From Camelus ferus (Eukaryota): a stretch of 64,000 nucleotides of DNA. Location of the stretch: positions 53,074,001 to 53,138,000 of the forward strand of contig NC_045707.1 in NCBI RefSeq assembly GCF_009834535.1, written 5' to 3'. Position numbers and translations under genes: made by a program. Below are positions 13,001 to 28,000 of this stretch, piece by piece; position 1 is the first letter of the stretch, and each line of letters begins with the position of its first letter. The notes under the pieces were generated by a model. The model saw nothing but the letters and a program-made list of their open reading frames with translations. It was not told where the DNA came from and did not search any database.

Positions 13001-16000
13001 AAAAGAAGATTAACACCTATAAATTTTAAGTCTACCATAGTCAGAAAGTGCTGTTCTTTTGTGTGTGGTTTCCTCCCATCCTTCCTTGCCTCCCAGCCAT
13101 CCCTCCTTCCCTCTCCTTCCTTTTGTCTTTCCTTCCTTCCCTTTCTTTTTTACATTTACCTAATAAAAACATAATTCTTACTTAATTCATCTTCAGAAAA
13201 CTTCCAGATACTTTAATTTTAACAACCTTGAAAAAACATGTTATCATTAAGAAATAGTTTTTAATGGAGTCACTTGATAAATTTTTAACTTTTATGTATG
13301 AGTTATGGACTTTAGGAATCCTACTAATCTGTTATTTCTTTTCTGATGTCAGCGTTCAGTGGAATTAAACCCAACACAAAAAGATCTTGTGTTGAAGATT
13401 GCAGAATTGCTCTGTAAAAACGATGTTAGTGATGGCAGAGCGAAATACTGGGTTGAAAGGGCAGCTAAACTGTTTCCAGGAAGTCCTGCAATTTACAAGC
13501 TAAAGGTAAAAAAAAAAAAAGCAAAACAAAACATTTAGTAAAAGCAGTTGGGGAAAACTTAAGACACAACTGTTTCTTATATTTGGAGTTTAAATGACTT
13601 TTCAGTAGCAAGCCTTAAATGGGGGATGGGGAGTTGGGGGTGAAGGGGGACAGAAGGGTACAAATCTTTAGTTCCAGATAAATAAGTTCTTGGGATGTAA
13701 TGTGTAGCATTACCATAGTCAACAATACTGTGTTGTACATTTGAAAGTTGCTAAGAGAATAGATCTTAAAAGTTTTCATCACAAGAAAAATAATTTGTAA
13801 CTGTGAGGTGATGGACGTGAACTTACTGTGGAAGTCATTTCACAATATATACATATATCACAATATGCTGTCTTATTAGGCATTAGTTTGCTTTACAAAT
13901 GGCATCTCATTTACCCTTATGAAATAAAGAATATTTTAGGGATTTTACTGTTTTGTAGCTAAGTAGTGGAGCTAAGATTTAAACTGAGCTATATCTGATA
14001 AAAAATCTTTGCTTCATTGGGTGAAAATTACCCACAGGATGACAGTTTAGAATTATAAAACTTTTAAAGAACTGTTATCTAAAAACGGAATGTATTGTTT
14101 ATAGGTAGTGAAGTTTTTAAGCAAAAGTTAAAAGACAGTTTCTCTAGTATGTTACAGATAATCACTAAAAAGGATAGAAAATTGTTGCTAATGTGTTAAC
14201 TGATTTTGATTATTCTCTGCTGGGTAAAATATAGTTTACTAAGTGATTCTTTTGGAGAAAGTCCTAGTGTGCTAAGCAAACAGAATTTTAAGTGTATATT
14301 GTTTTCAATAGGACCCCTCCCCCCATACATGTTTCTGATAGAATTTTTTAAACTTCTAAATTTTGAAATAATTACCAAGATTTTTCTCAGGAAGTTGCAA
14401 AGGTTGTACTGAGAGATCCTGAGTCTGTGTCATCCAGCTACACCCTAATGTAACTATCGCACAGACCAAAATCAGGCTTTGCCGTGGGTGCATTGTTCAT
14501 CTCGTCGTGTGCAGGCGCACAACCAGGCCTGCGGCCACTGACACAAAACTGCCCTGTCGCCGTGGGTTCACTTTCCCACCATTCCTGTTGTCACGTCTGC
14601 CCCCCTTCCCGTCATCCTGCCACCTTGCTGATTTGTTCTGTCTTTGTAATTTTGTAATTAAAAAACATTACATAAACAGAATCATGCAGCCTGTGACCTT
14701 CTGAGGCTGCCTCTTTCCCTCTGCTCAGTGCTTCTGAGACCCGTCAAGTTGCATGTGTTAGTGATTGGTTCCTTTCTTTCATTGCTAAGTAGTATTTTGT
14801 CGTATGAATGTTGTACAGTTTAATCATTTACTTTTGAGGGAGATTTTGGTGGTTTCTAGTTTTTAGCTATTACAAATCTGGTATGAACAATCGTGTACAG
14901 ATTTTAAAATCTAATGTATTTTTTAAAACTCCTGGAAATAAATACTAGTAGTATTAAGGTTTTTTCCTCCCTGTGATATGCACCCAGGTTTTAAATATTA
15001 ATCTGAAATGTTAGGTTTTGGTGTGCAGATTTCTTTACCTTATTACTTTGTTTTATGCCTCAAACATAATTTCCTTATTGGTCATGACAGTCCAGTCCAT
15101 TGGTGACAATGGCATTAAAGACTGTATATATGAGGGAGGGTGTTATTTTTCTTGCAGTGTAACAAAAGTTAAATGAAGCATCCTAATGTTTTTTAATGAC
15201 TCTTTAAGGACACTGTTGTCTAAAAGTAAACCTAATGTCAGATCAGGGAGGGGAGGAATAGCTGGAGAGCAAGTCCTTTAGAAAAGGGGATAATCCGCAA
15301 GTGGAGGCGGGGGGGCGTGATCTGGAGGTGACTTTGGGAGTGAGGAGTCCTAAATGCCACGTCCTCTACTTGCATGTAGACCAGCAGAAAAGGGATGAGG
15401 CTATCTTGAAATGTCACTGCATTCAGTGGGGTCAGAAGGTGAAGACTCTGAGAAGGGTAGTGGAGTAGGGGGCTGGGGGTTGAATCAGATGCAGGGAGAG
15501 CCAGTGCCCTTCAGGGATGAGGGCCCTGGCTAAGGATGACTGGAGAGGCCGAGGCTTCTGGTAGTGACCAGGGCGTGCAGGGCCGCAGGGCAGGAGCTCT
15601 GGTGGTGTCTGAGGTGAGGATGGCAGCCACTGCTGCTATGTAGTCCCAGGTGTTCCTGTCCACGTGCCTGTGCTGGAAGTGACTCTGAAGGGTGTTACTA
15701 AAGCCAGACACTGGGGTGGTGCTCATGGGAACCATGAGGCGTTTAAAATTGCACAAATGTTTCTCTAATGAACGGTTCTTTAAAAATAGGAACAGCTTTT
15801 AGACTGTAAAGGTGAAGATGGATGGAATAAACTCTTCGACTTGATTCAGTCAGAACTTCATGCGAGGCCTGATGACATCCACATGAACATCCGACTAGTG
15901 GAGCTGTACCGCTCCAACGGGAGGCTGAGGGACGCCGTGACCCACTGCCGCCAGGTGGAGAGGAGCGCAGCCTTGCGCTCCAGTTTAGAGTGGAATGCTT

Positions 16001-19000
16001 GCGCTGTGCAGACCCTCAAGGTGGGTAAGACTGTTGAATCTGCATCTTCTACATAGGCAATTGCAGTGCATCCCTTTGTGGTCAAGCTCTGCCCCCCAAG
16101 ACTTAAATTTCTTTCATTTATGTATAGCAACTGTGAAATGAGATTTTTCCTAGCATGATTTCAATTTATAATGGGTAGATTGGAGAGAGAAATGTGACAA
16201 ATTTTTTTTGGTGTTTTTGTAGATTGGTGTAAAATTGATATGGCTTTACAGTATAGGAATGGGCAAAGGAATTTGTAGGCATGAAATACTCATTTTTGTA
16301 GCACTTGATAAAGTTTTATAACTTAAGAGTTTTTCCTATGAAATAGGAATATCTGGAATCTTCCCAGTGTCTGGAGTCTGATAAAAGTAACTGGCGATCA
16401 ACCAGCAAGGACTTACTTCTAGCCTATGCTAACCTTATGCTGCTTACGCTCTCTGCTAGAGATGTGCAAGAAAGCAGAGAATTATTGGAAAGGTATGTAG
16501 ACTTGTATTTGTGGCATTTCAGTTCATGGGTCTAAACACCTTAACAGTGGTATTATTTCTGTAATGTATCCAGAGGTGATAGGTAGTATAATGAACCACT
16601 TAAAAGGAATCTTTTTTTGTGGGGATATTAACTGGTGTTGTGTGACTTTGATTTGTAGAGAACGGTATTACTCTTTAGACTTGATTGAACTATTTTGCTG
16701 GTAAGTACCTAGTTTGAATGCTTAATAAAGAGTCAAACCTGAAAAAGAATGTTCTAAATGTTATTTCATGTTTGATTCCAAAAAACATTCTTGAGTGAAA
16801 GTCAGAGCATAAACGTCATCTGTCAGATGTCCTAGTATAAGTATTTGAAAATTGAAGTACTGGTATTTCAGAAGACACTTAATGTTTTAGCTTAGAAACA
16901 GGGTAAGTAAAATAAAGTGTGTGATTTTTCAGTTTTTGTACATTTTAATTTTGAGGACCAGTATCTCCACTTGTTTAAATTCCATTGAATGAAAGCAGCA
17001 CTTGGATCTGTATGTTCGTTGAGAGCACAGGTTGACTAGACAGAGCTCGTGGCAGACAAGGCTCCCTGCCCAGCTGTGAGTTGAGTCCCACTGGGTGTGC
17101 CATGCCTCTGTGTTGTGTGTTCCGGCTGCTCTGCCCACACACTGCACTTACGGGCGGAGCACCTGTGACAGTTGTGTGCCTGCCTGGCCCCTCCAGTGTG
17201 TGGCCTCCCCTGGCTTATACCGTTCATCTGACTTGGAAAGAAGTTCTTTTCACTGGAGTGGAGCGGATAGTAGTTTTCTTGAAGAAGTACGTGGTGTCCT
17301 GAGATGGATAGGGTAGAGGTGGTCCAGAACAACTAAGTTGAACACTCAGATTATTTTAGAAAATATTTAGGAATTTTTTTCTTTTTGATGTGGCTTATAA
17401 AGCTTTCGGTCACATGGGAGAATGAGGGTGAAGAGACAAATAATTTCCTAGTAGTACTCTAAAATAATTTTAACTTCATGGATTCCTTAAAGGAGTCTTG
17501 AGAACTTTGAGGGGGACCAGGAACTTACATACTAGAAGAAATAGCTGTTGCCCGGATTTCTTACTGTAACCTGCTTTATAATCACGCTTCACATTTCTAT
17601 TAAGTATTTGTTTTTGATTTTCTTACAAAATGAAGACTCTTGACGTCTGTTAGGATTCAGAAGGCCTAACTAGTACATAATTACAAATAGTAGTGAGAAA
17701 TATAATTTATTTAACTCTGTAGTTGTGTATATAGTAGAAAGAGCACTTATGGTGTTGACGACCACCTACCTTAGTTACTGTCTTACGGTGTGGAAATGAC
17801 ATGTTTAATGTGAGAAATTTCAACTTTGAATCAAAGAATGAAGCCATATGACTAGAAGATGTTTTGGACGTCATTCTAGAGGTTAAATTTGAAGGGTAGG
17901 AAGTGTGTGGAATAAGAGTAGGCACTCAATGACTCGTGATTCATCAAACAGAGAACAGGGATTATTAGGGATGGAATATGGAAGATGAAGCTGGAAATAA
18001 AATTCTTTTTTTTTTTTTAGTTTTTTTAAATTACATATTCACAATGCAGGAGTGGAATTCCTATGTAACATTTCACTGTGACAGTTTTGACAGTGCTCTT
18101 CAGTCTGTGAAGTCTTGTGTGGGTGCGAACGACGAGCTCTCGGCGACGTTTGTGGAAGTGCGGGGACACCTGTACATGCACGCTGGCTCTCTGCTCCTGA
18201 AGATGGGCCAGCACAGCACCGTGCAGTGGCGGGCACTCGCAGAGCTGGCGGCCTTGTGCTACCTCGTGGCATTCCAGGTAACCCGCCTCCAGCTGTGCGT
18301 GCAGTGGACAGTCCAGTGAGACGACTGTGTTTCACATGGAAGTGTGTCCTGGTACCTAGTGAAAATATGAATAGATGAAAGTGAAAATGAAATAGTTCAT
18401 TTGATGGGTGGAGAATAAGGATTTATGGAGCACAGTGAGGCGGTGAAGCAGGCAGGTGGATGCGTGGCTGGCAGCAGTCAGCATTGCTGAGACTTTGAAG
18501 AGTTTGATCTTTTTACTCTGCCATTTTGGGGGCCCTGTAGTAAGGAAATACTCTCAAATACGGATAAAACTTGGTGGAAAAAATATTCATAACTTGGACG
18601 AAAACCTAAGGAAGTAATTTTTGGGTGTGACTACATAAGCCGTGATGTAAGAGCATGTTTACCACAAGCATTTAGCGTGTTAGGTGAGCTGTGTCACGTG
18701 CACGTGACATTGACAGGAAGTGATACCGCTGTGTGTGTAACATGCACTTGACATTGACAGGAGGTGATCTTTATTGTACAGCAGTATATTTATTCATCTT
18801 TGGAAACATGACGCTGTATATACAAAACATGACATGAAGGAAATATGCCAGAACGTAACCATTATTTTTTGATGATGAGATGCTGGCTGTTACCCCTTCC
18901 CCGATCCATCGTAGTTCTAGTGTTTTCCCTTTGTAAGCTTAAGTGGTCTGCCAAAAAGTGCAGTAAGCCTGGCTTACAGAAATCATTGTTAGCTTTAAAG

Positions 19001-22000
19001 AATGATCTTTTGCTTGAGGAAAAGAAAAAAGGATTCACTGTAGAATTTCCTCTAGAGAATACGCCTCCTCCTCGTTCGAATTACCTGGATCTTTTAAGAA
19101 CTTGTTGATACTCACCCCACAGAGTTAAGCGCTGCTTAACTGCTCAGCAGAGGCATTCTGCTTCATAAGGGATGTATTTATTGGTGAGAATTAGTGAAGT
19201 TAACAGAGTTTGCTGATTTTATATAAGCATTAAAAAGTTCTTATGACTCAATTTCCATAGAATCCTCAAGTAGCTGATAGTTTTCGTATTTTTAATATGA
19301 AGGTAAAGTATATTAAATTTTTTTCAGTTAACACACAGTCAACTGTTCAAACATTGACATTTCAACTGAAGTGCAGTTGGTTGTACATTGTCTGTTACAG
19401 GTGTATAATACAGTGATTCATAATTTGTAAAGGCTAGACTCCACTTACAGTTACTATAAAATACTGACTGTATCCCTGTGCTGCACACACACGCTTGTAG
19501 CTCATTTTACACAACAGCAGTTTGTGCCTCTGAATTCCCCTCCCCCATTTTGCCCCCCCTTCCCTCTCCCCATTGTCACCTCTAGTTCTCTGTATCCATG
19601 AATCTGTTTCTTTGTTGTATTTATTAGTTTGTTGTGTTAAACTTTGACCTTTTTTAATAGTAAAAACTAAATCTTTCTTAGTTCATCTACTTGTGTCTTT
19701 CCTAGAAGACAACCACTTACCGGTTTCTTGGGAATTCAGAAATGTATCTGCATGTGCACGCGTGTAATACACTGTTTACTTTTGAAAACTGTTTTGCCTC
19801 AGTGCAGGTGTCACCTGTCAGCCGTTGAATACCTTGCTTTCACTTTCTCCATTGTTTGATTTTAGTGCAGAGACATCTACCTCAGTCTTGTCTCTTTACC
19901 CACCACATACTTCCATGAAATGGACACAAAATGGAAGCCTCTTAGATACTTGTATTTTTATTGTCATTTGTTGTAGCACTCATCAGAGCACACAAGGGAG
20001 GTGTGGACTGGCATGGGGTCCTTAAGGAGTCATGAGAGGCTGACTTTTTTAATGGTAGGGTTTTTGGACTCTTGATCAGTGAAACGCTGTGGCTCTAGTA
20101 AGTACAGATGGTCCCTGAGTTACGATGGTCCAAATTACGACTTCGACTTTTGGTGGTGTGAAAGTGATAATGCACTTTGTAGACACTTACTTTGAACTTT
20201 TGAGTTTTGATCTTTTCTGGGCTGGTGTATGTAGTGCGGTAGTCTCCAGTGACACTGGGCAGGGGCAAGGAGCTGCAGCCCACCGTGGGCCGTGCAGTCA
20301 CGAGGGTGAACAGCCAGTGCACTTCCAAGTCTTCTGTCCCAGACAGCAGTTCTGTCTGCCACCTTCAGTGCAGGATTCAGTCCCTTACATGAGGTGCTCA
20401 ATACTTCATGATAAATAGGCTTTGCCTTAGCTGGTTTTGCCCAGCTGTAGGCTAATTTGAGTGCTCTGGGCACATTCAAGGTAGGCGAGACTAAGCTGTG
20501 GTGTTCGATGGATTAGGTGTATTAAATGCATTTTGATTTATGATTCTTTCAGCCTTTCATGGGTTTATTGGGGTGTTACCCACATTGTAGGTCGAGGTTT
20601 CAGCTGAGCATTAAGCAGTCTCTCTTGAAACCTTCTAATTAAGATGAGGAAAATACTCATTGAGGTGTTGTGATTGAATAGATTCATAATTAGTTCACCG
20701 GTCACAAATGATAGCTGTCAAGTGCTCTGTAAAAGGGGTTGGTTTTTTGATTTGAGATCAGTTTGAGAGCAAAAAGAATTTTGTCACATTTTGTTTTTAT
20801 TTTCTGTGCTCTTCAGCATCTGTACATGACAGAGTTTGGCTTCATGTTTAGAAAACTTGTGGGTAAAAGCATAGGTCAAACTAATGTTTCAGAAATTCAA
20901 AATCAGGAGTTTTTAGGTTAGTAAGGAATCTGTTTATTTTGAAAAATTATGTTTGGAAAGGTGATTATATTCACATGGTTTGGTATTGTAGTGGCATGTA
21001 AGAATACACTGAAAAGTCCTTCCTACCTCTGTTCCTTAGTCATGGACTTCCCTGCATTAATTTTATTTCTTATGAGCTCTTCAAGAAATGTTTTATGCTG
21101 CATGTACACACCTGTACTCCCACTCCTCTTTAAAATACAGAAAGAAGATGCACTGTACATTCTGTCTGTTTTGGTTTTATTTCCACGACATACACCTTGG
21201 TGACATTTCCATATCAGCACAGAAAACAGCGTGGGTAAAGCACCCTCATTTGTTTTGATGGTTGCATATTATTTTATGGATATACCATAGTTTGGATTTT
21301 TTAAACCAGTCCCTAAAAGCAAGATATCAGACTTTACTTTTTTGCAGTCCTATTTCAAAATAATTCTGCAGTGACTAACCTGTGCCATTTCACATGTGAA
21401 CATTTTTGGGTGGAATAAGTTCTTGAAAGAAGATGGCAAGATTAAAGTGTATCTATGCATTTATAATTTTTAGAGCTATTGCCAAATTTGCAACCTCATA
21501 GAGGTTGTACCAAGTTTATTCCTGCTGCCAATTAAGAAAGTAATTAGACGTTTAACAGCATTTACCTGCCTCACCCTCATCGTTACTTTTAGGATATCTC
21601 TAGTAAGTGGTCACTGTTTGGACTGAACGTTTTCAGTGATGGACATTTGCTGCTTTTCAGGATAGCCCATTGCATTTTTGGGTAATTTGGTTCTTGGTGC
21701 TTCCTTATTTAAAGTAAAAATATTTTTCAAGCTGCTACTCATTGGCATTTTTTCTTTTGTCCTATTAAAAAAGTCTAGCCCTTCTTTCACAAGATAATCT
21801 TACTGATGTCTGAAGGTGGCTATCTTGTTTTCTCTTCACCCTTCTATTTATTCTTCATTCTTCCAGTTCTTCTTCATAGGATGTGGCCTGGAGTCCTTTT
21901 ACTCTCTTGGTTGTCCCAGTTTTCCCAGTGGTGTCTCAGATTACCTGTTCTCTGGAAGCGTGCTGTCCACAGTACGGCATTAATAAGTAGGATTCCCCTG

Positions 22001-25000
22001 TGCCAGGTCACAGAGCTGCCACTGCTTCCCCTGCTGCAGTTCTGTTTATGGAGGGGAGAAGAGACCCCTAACCAAATACTCCATTTCCCCGACTGGGTCC
22101 TGAATGTGCTGTTAGTGGAAAGTAATTTCTCAGAAGTCCTCTTTGTAGGCATCTTTTATTTACTTTTTTAATCAGTCTCTTTGGAGGGGGACAGGTAATT
22201 AGGTTTTTATTTATTTATTTTAATGGACATGCTGGGAATTGAGCCCAGGATCTTGTACGTGATAAGAATATACTGTACCACTGAGCTATACCCTCTCCCC
22301 TGTAGGCATCTTTTATAGATTATCTAAATTCCTTGGTTCCCAGTGTTTTGCAGTTGAATTTCCAACTCGGTTTAACCATTGGCTGTATATTCATTGTCAG
22401 AAAACCAGAAGGTAATAGAAAGGAACATCTAATTATTATAAATGTAACACTAAATAAAGATTTTTGATTCTAAAATGATCAGGTTCCAAGACCAAAGATT
22501 AAATTAATAAAAGGAGACGCTGGACAGAATCTGCTGGAAATGATGGCCTATGATCGTCTGAGCCAATCAGGTAATAGTAATGTTTAACTGATTTTATTTT
22601 GAAAAGAAAATTTCTCTTTTTTAGCACATCTTACGATTGCATCTTCTGTCTGTCCAGAAGATAATTTGTCATAATCATTTCTCTTTGCTGTGTTGGAATA
22701 GGGCAAGAGGTATAGCAAGAATTAGAAGAAATGGTTTCTTCTTTAAAAGGGACAGATACTTGATATTAGTTCCCAGGTGGAGAAACTCCTTAACCCCTCC
22801 TTATAATCTAGCTTCTAGAACCTCCATCCAGAATATTTTAAAGTACTTCCTGAGCTAAGAGTAAGTTACTGATTTGCCAGCCATTTAACAGCAGTTGCTT
22901 ATAAGGCAGTGCCATGGGGGATATAAAGATGGAAAGGATACACAGCTCTCTCTTAAGGAACTGACAACATAGTAAAGAAGATAGAAGATACATACCCACA
23001 TTCTGTTAGGCTCTTGGAATTTGTAGATTTATCCCAGCTTTGACTGTTGGGGATGGATCCTGAAGGTCTGTTACATACTGTTTAGTTCTGCTAAGGCAAG
23101 ACATGAAGGTGTTCACATAGGCAGACTCCATAGGGAAGTGTTTCCAGGAGAAGCAATTTTGATATAAAATTGGACAGACCTTGTTAAGAGTGAAGAAGTG
23201 GTCTTAAATTAGAGAAGCTAAAAGCTTTGGTCTGTAGGTGGACTGCTGGTCGAGGCTAACGTTGCTTCTCTCCCACAGCTTACTGTTTTGTAGGAGGCAG
23301 GCTTCAGTCCTTGAAGAAGTGACCTGCTTTTTCTTGGGTCTCCCTTCTCCCTTTGCAGGGTATCATAGTTGGTAAAGTGAACTGTTTTTCGCTGTCTTTG
23401 ATCTGGGCCTTTCTGAGCTTGTCTCTGCAGATTTTCAGAGATAATAGTCTGGTGGTAACCAAACCTGACTGACCACCAGAATTACTCCAAAGAGTTTTGT
23501 GTTTTTTTTTTTTTTCAAATAGCTTGATTGAAATAAAATTGTTATATGGTATTATTCACCCTTTTTAAGTGTACAGTTCGGTGGGTTTTAGTATGTTCTC
23601 AGAGTTGTGCAGCGGTCACTACAGTCAATTTTAGAATGTTTTCATCGCCTCATAAAGAAGCCTTGTATCCATTAGCAGTGACTCCTCATTTCCCTCCAAA
23701 CCCGCTAGTCCTCAGCAGCCACTAACTTTGTGTCTCTTTAGCTTTCCCCATTCTGGACATTTCATAGAAACTGAATCATCCAATGTGTGGTCTTTGGGTA
23801 ACTGTCTTTTTACACCCAGCAGAGTGTTTTCAGGGTGCACCCATGTTGTAATGTGAACTAGAACTTCATCCAAGGAGTGTTTTATAAATAGATTTTTCAT
23901 CCCAAATCTGTGGAATCAGAACCTCTGGGCGTGAGGTCTGGAAATAAAAATTTTTTAAACTTTTTAAAGGGTGGTTCTGACCAGCCAGGTTTAGAAGTCA
24001 GGTGTGTCAGGGCAGAAAATGTGCACTTGGTCCTGTTCTCCTGTGGCCACTTGAAACCCACACTTTTCCATCTAAAATGGAAACACTTTGGTATTTTTCA
24101 CACCTTTTTTTTCTTGCCTTTTATTCTGTCACGTAGACACAGGTACAGTTAAATCTGTGGTCTCTTCATTTTTTGCATCAGCACCCTTCTGGGTGTCCAG
24201 CTAGGGTGGTGGTCAGCCGAGATAGTTGTTATTTCCCTTTAGAGGATGTGAATGAAACTGTCAAGAGATGTCAGTAAAAATCTGTATTTTTAAAATGATG
24301 GAATGTAATTTGTTTTTCAGGGCATATGCTGCTAAACTTAAGTCGTGACAAGCAAGATTTTTTAAAAGAGGTTGTAGAATCCTTTGCCAATGAAAGTGGG
24401 CAGTCTGCTTTATATGACGCTCTGTTTTCCAGTCTGTCACCTAAGGATAGATCTTTCCTTGGTAGCGATGTTATTGGAAACCTTGATGTACAAGCACCGG
24501 AGCCTGAGGATTTGGCTCGATGTGACGTTGGTAAGTTGTATCTTTCAAAAGAAACACTAACATTTTACATTTTAAATCTTTTATATGACATTGGTAAGTT
24601 GTAGCTTTCAAAGGAAACATTTTGCATTTTCATTCTTTTAGTATATGAGACGAAAGCAAAAAGGAAAATAAGTTACCTGTAATCTCATTACCCAGAAGTA
24701 ATGACTAATATTTTCTTGGATTCCTTTCAGGTTTTTGGGGGGTTGGAGTAAGTATAACGGGGTGGTGGTATGTATATATATATGTATTTTTTTTTTTTTC
24801 TAAATAGTTGTTTACACTGTATACATGACTTGTCTTCCATGAATTCTCTCTCATGCTGTCTCTCTGAATATTACTTTTAATGGTAATATGGTCTTTTTAA
24901 TAAAGTAACTATATATGCTTGCCACTTTTAATTATTGAGTGTCCAAGATGTTTCCAGTTTTTTCACTTATATTAAAAAAATACTGATGAAGACTTTAGTA

Positions 25001-28000
25001 TGAAGTGTCTCCATTTCAGATTTTTTCCATAGAGATTCCTAAAAGCAGACTTACTGGGACAAAGTTGATGAATATGTTTAAGTTTCTTGCAAATTGCCAC
25101 GTTGCCAGAAAGCTTGTAGCTCTTTATGCTTTGAGAAACCCATCATTTTTCAGTAATGAATTTCCTGAGGAGGAAAAGATCTATTACCCTGACGGATTAA
25201 TACAATGGTGTCCCATTGTTTGAATGACTCTTGACTGAAAAGGACGTCTCCTGTTGCACGATTTCTTACTGGGTGACTGTTCTGAATTTGACCCCTGTCA
25301 GGTTTTGTTTTATTGCGTTCTAGTGAGGCTCTTTTTTTTTTTCCTCTTAGGTGGACTTGAAAATAGCTTTCTTCATCAAAACTGTTTTATTAAAACTCCT
25401 AAATAAAGAGTATGAGTACCTTTAGTAAGATCACGAGACTTTGCTTACCATAGGTTTTCCCTGTGCTCTGATGTAGAAAAGTGGTAATAAAATTAAGGTG
25501 CCTTTAATGTGAGTCAGTTGTTTATGTTGGCAAAACTGATGGCACACAAAAATTTTTTCAAAACCTCAAGCCGATTTTTTCCCCTTCATTTCAGGTGCGG
25601 TTCGAGCACACGGTGGTAGCCTTCAGCACCTTACTTGGCTTGGCTTACAGTGGAATTCATTGCCTTCCTTACCTGTAATTCGAAAATGGCTAAAACAGCT
25701 TTTTCATCATTTGCCCCAGGAAACCTCAAGGCTTGAAACAAACGCACCTGAATCAATATGTACTTTAGATCTGGAGGTAAGCAGAGATTTTAACAGCTTC
25801 AGTTTTATGTGTTTTGTTTGACTTTTTTCTACTTAAATTGATTTTTTCTTTAAATAAAACAGGTATTTCTAATTGGAGTAATATATACCAGCCACTTACA
25901 GTTAAAAGAGAAGTGTAATTCTCACTACAGCTTCTATCAGCCTCTGTGCTTGCCTCTTCCTGTGTGTAAACAGCTTTGCACGGAAAGACAGAAAGCTTGG
26001 TGGGATGCGGTGTGTAATCTCATTCATAGAAAAGCAATGTAAGTAGTAAAATAACAGTGCTCTTTTACCTTACTGCCCAAAGACTTCATTCACTTCTCAT
26101 GTTTTAATTTTTAGTAATCTTGTGATTAACATGCACATAGGTGTTGAGCTGCATATTTATAAATCAGTTTTATTAAATTAAACTTTTTTAGACCTGGAAC
26201 CTCAGCAAAATTGCGACTTCTAGTTCAGCACGACATAAACACTCTAAGGGGCCAGGAAAAACATGGCCTTCAGCCTGCTCTGCTTGTGCACTGGGCACAG
26301 TGCCTTCAGAAAACGGTGAGTTCACTAAAGTGAAAGCAGTTTTTAAGAACATTACCTTAGTTTTTAAAAATCACAAGCTTTCCATTGGAAGTCTTTCAGT
26401 TCTGAAAACTATAGCAGCTTCATATTATGTCAGGTGAAATGTATTTTCTTAATCTTGCCATAAAGTAGTTAATATTTAAGCACTTTGAACAGTGCCTGGC
26501 ACAGTGGATGTTACAAGGTATTATATGTTGTTATTACTGATAATTACCTGATGATAAATACTGTCCAGCTTGAAAATTTTTTTTGCATGTTTGGTGGCAC
26601 AAGGCTCTGTAGGTGAGGGCATTACCTACATAGATCTTGCTAAATATTTGAGGTCTGTTCTGTGGCAAGATTGGGTGTAAATGTTTAGCCCTTTGACCAA
26701 ACTGTGACACTTACAGAGTGGCAGGGTTTGGCTATCTAAAAATAGCAACTTTAAGAAAACAGGGTGGGCTGCCTGATTAGGATTAGGTGGTGTCATTGAA
26801 AGTTTTTAAAAATTGCATCTAGAATGATCACTGGTATTAAAGTAGTTGATTATTCCAATATTTGGAAAGGTGAGCATATGAGTTTTGAGATTCTATTTTG
26901 CCTTTGTTTGAAATTTTAACCAGTTGTTCAGACCATGTGTAACTGAATTTTTAGATTTGACCCTTTGTGTGCGTCTCCCCTTCTATTTTAGGGCAGTGGT
27001 CTTAATTCTTTTTATGATCAACGGGAATACATAGGCAGAAGTGTTCATTATTGGAAGAAGGTTTTGCCATTGTTGAAGATAATCAAAAAGAAGAGCAGTA
27101 TTCCTGAACCTACTGACCCTCTGTTCAAGCATTTTCACAGTGCAGACATCCAGGTAATGGAGGGCCTTGTGAGTTAACTGGAGATGTGGATTTCTGGTTT
27201 ATAAATGAAGGCATGCAGGTAGAAACTGCTTCCGTCAATTGCCTGGCTCTCTGATGGTAGTTTTGCTGTGTAGGTCCACTAGCTGTCATAAATACAAGAT
27301 GGCAGAAAAGAGTACTGAGATGCTAATCTCATAGATCACATAAAATCTTTGGGAAATCATTTGGGTTTGATATTCCAGGTAGAGGCATTTTAACTGAAAA
27401 TTACTCACTGTGTTTAGGCATCTGAAATTGGTGAATATGAAGAGGAAGCACACATAACTTTTGCCATATTGGATGCGGTTAATGGAAACATAGAAGATGC
27501 TATGACTGCTTTTGAATCTATTAATAACGTCGTCTCTTACTGGAATCTTGCACTGGTAAGTAGTGTGATACTTGAGTTAAAAGGTTTTTGTTTTAAAACC
27601 TAATTGTTTCACAAAAGCACTCTGTGTATATAGATTTTTCACAGGAAAGCAGAAGACATTGAAAATGATGTGCTTTCTCCAGAAGAACAAGAAGAATGCA
27701 AAAACTACCTGAGAAAGGCTAGAGACTACCTGATCAAGATCCTGGACGACAGCGACTCCAGCCTCTCGGTGGTTCAGAAGGTGAGCTGCAGGTGGTTTGC
27801 ACTTTCTTGCTTCTGGTTCCTGGGTGGTAAGTGCTTCTGCCTTGGATTTATATTTTGGGAAATTCAAAAACACCCAGTAACACTTTGTTAGTGCCCAGAA
27901 GGGGGTTGTGTTTAAATATTTAGCATTGCTTTGCCATAGATTTGGGGGGGGGGGTTGTTTTTTTGTTTTTTGTTTTTTTATCTTAGGCATCTAGATTTAT

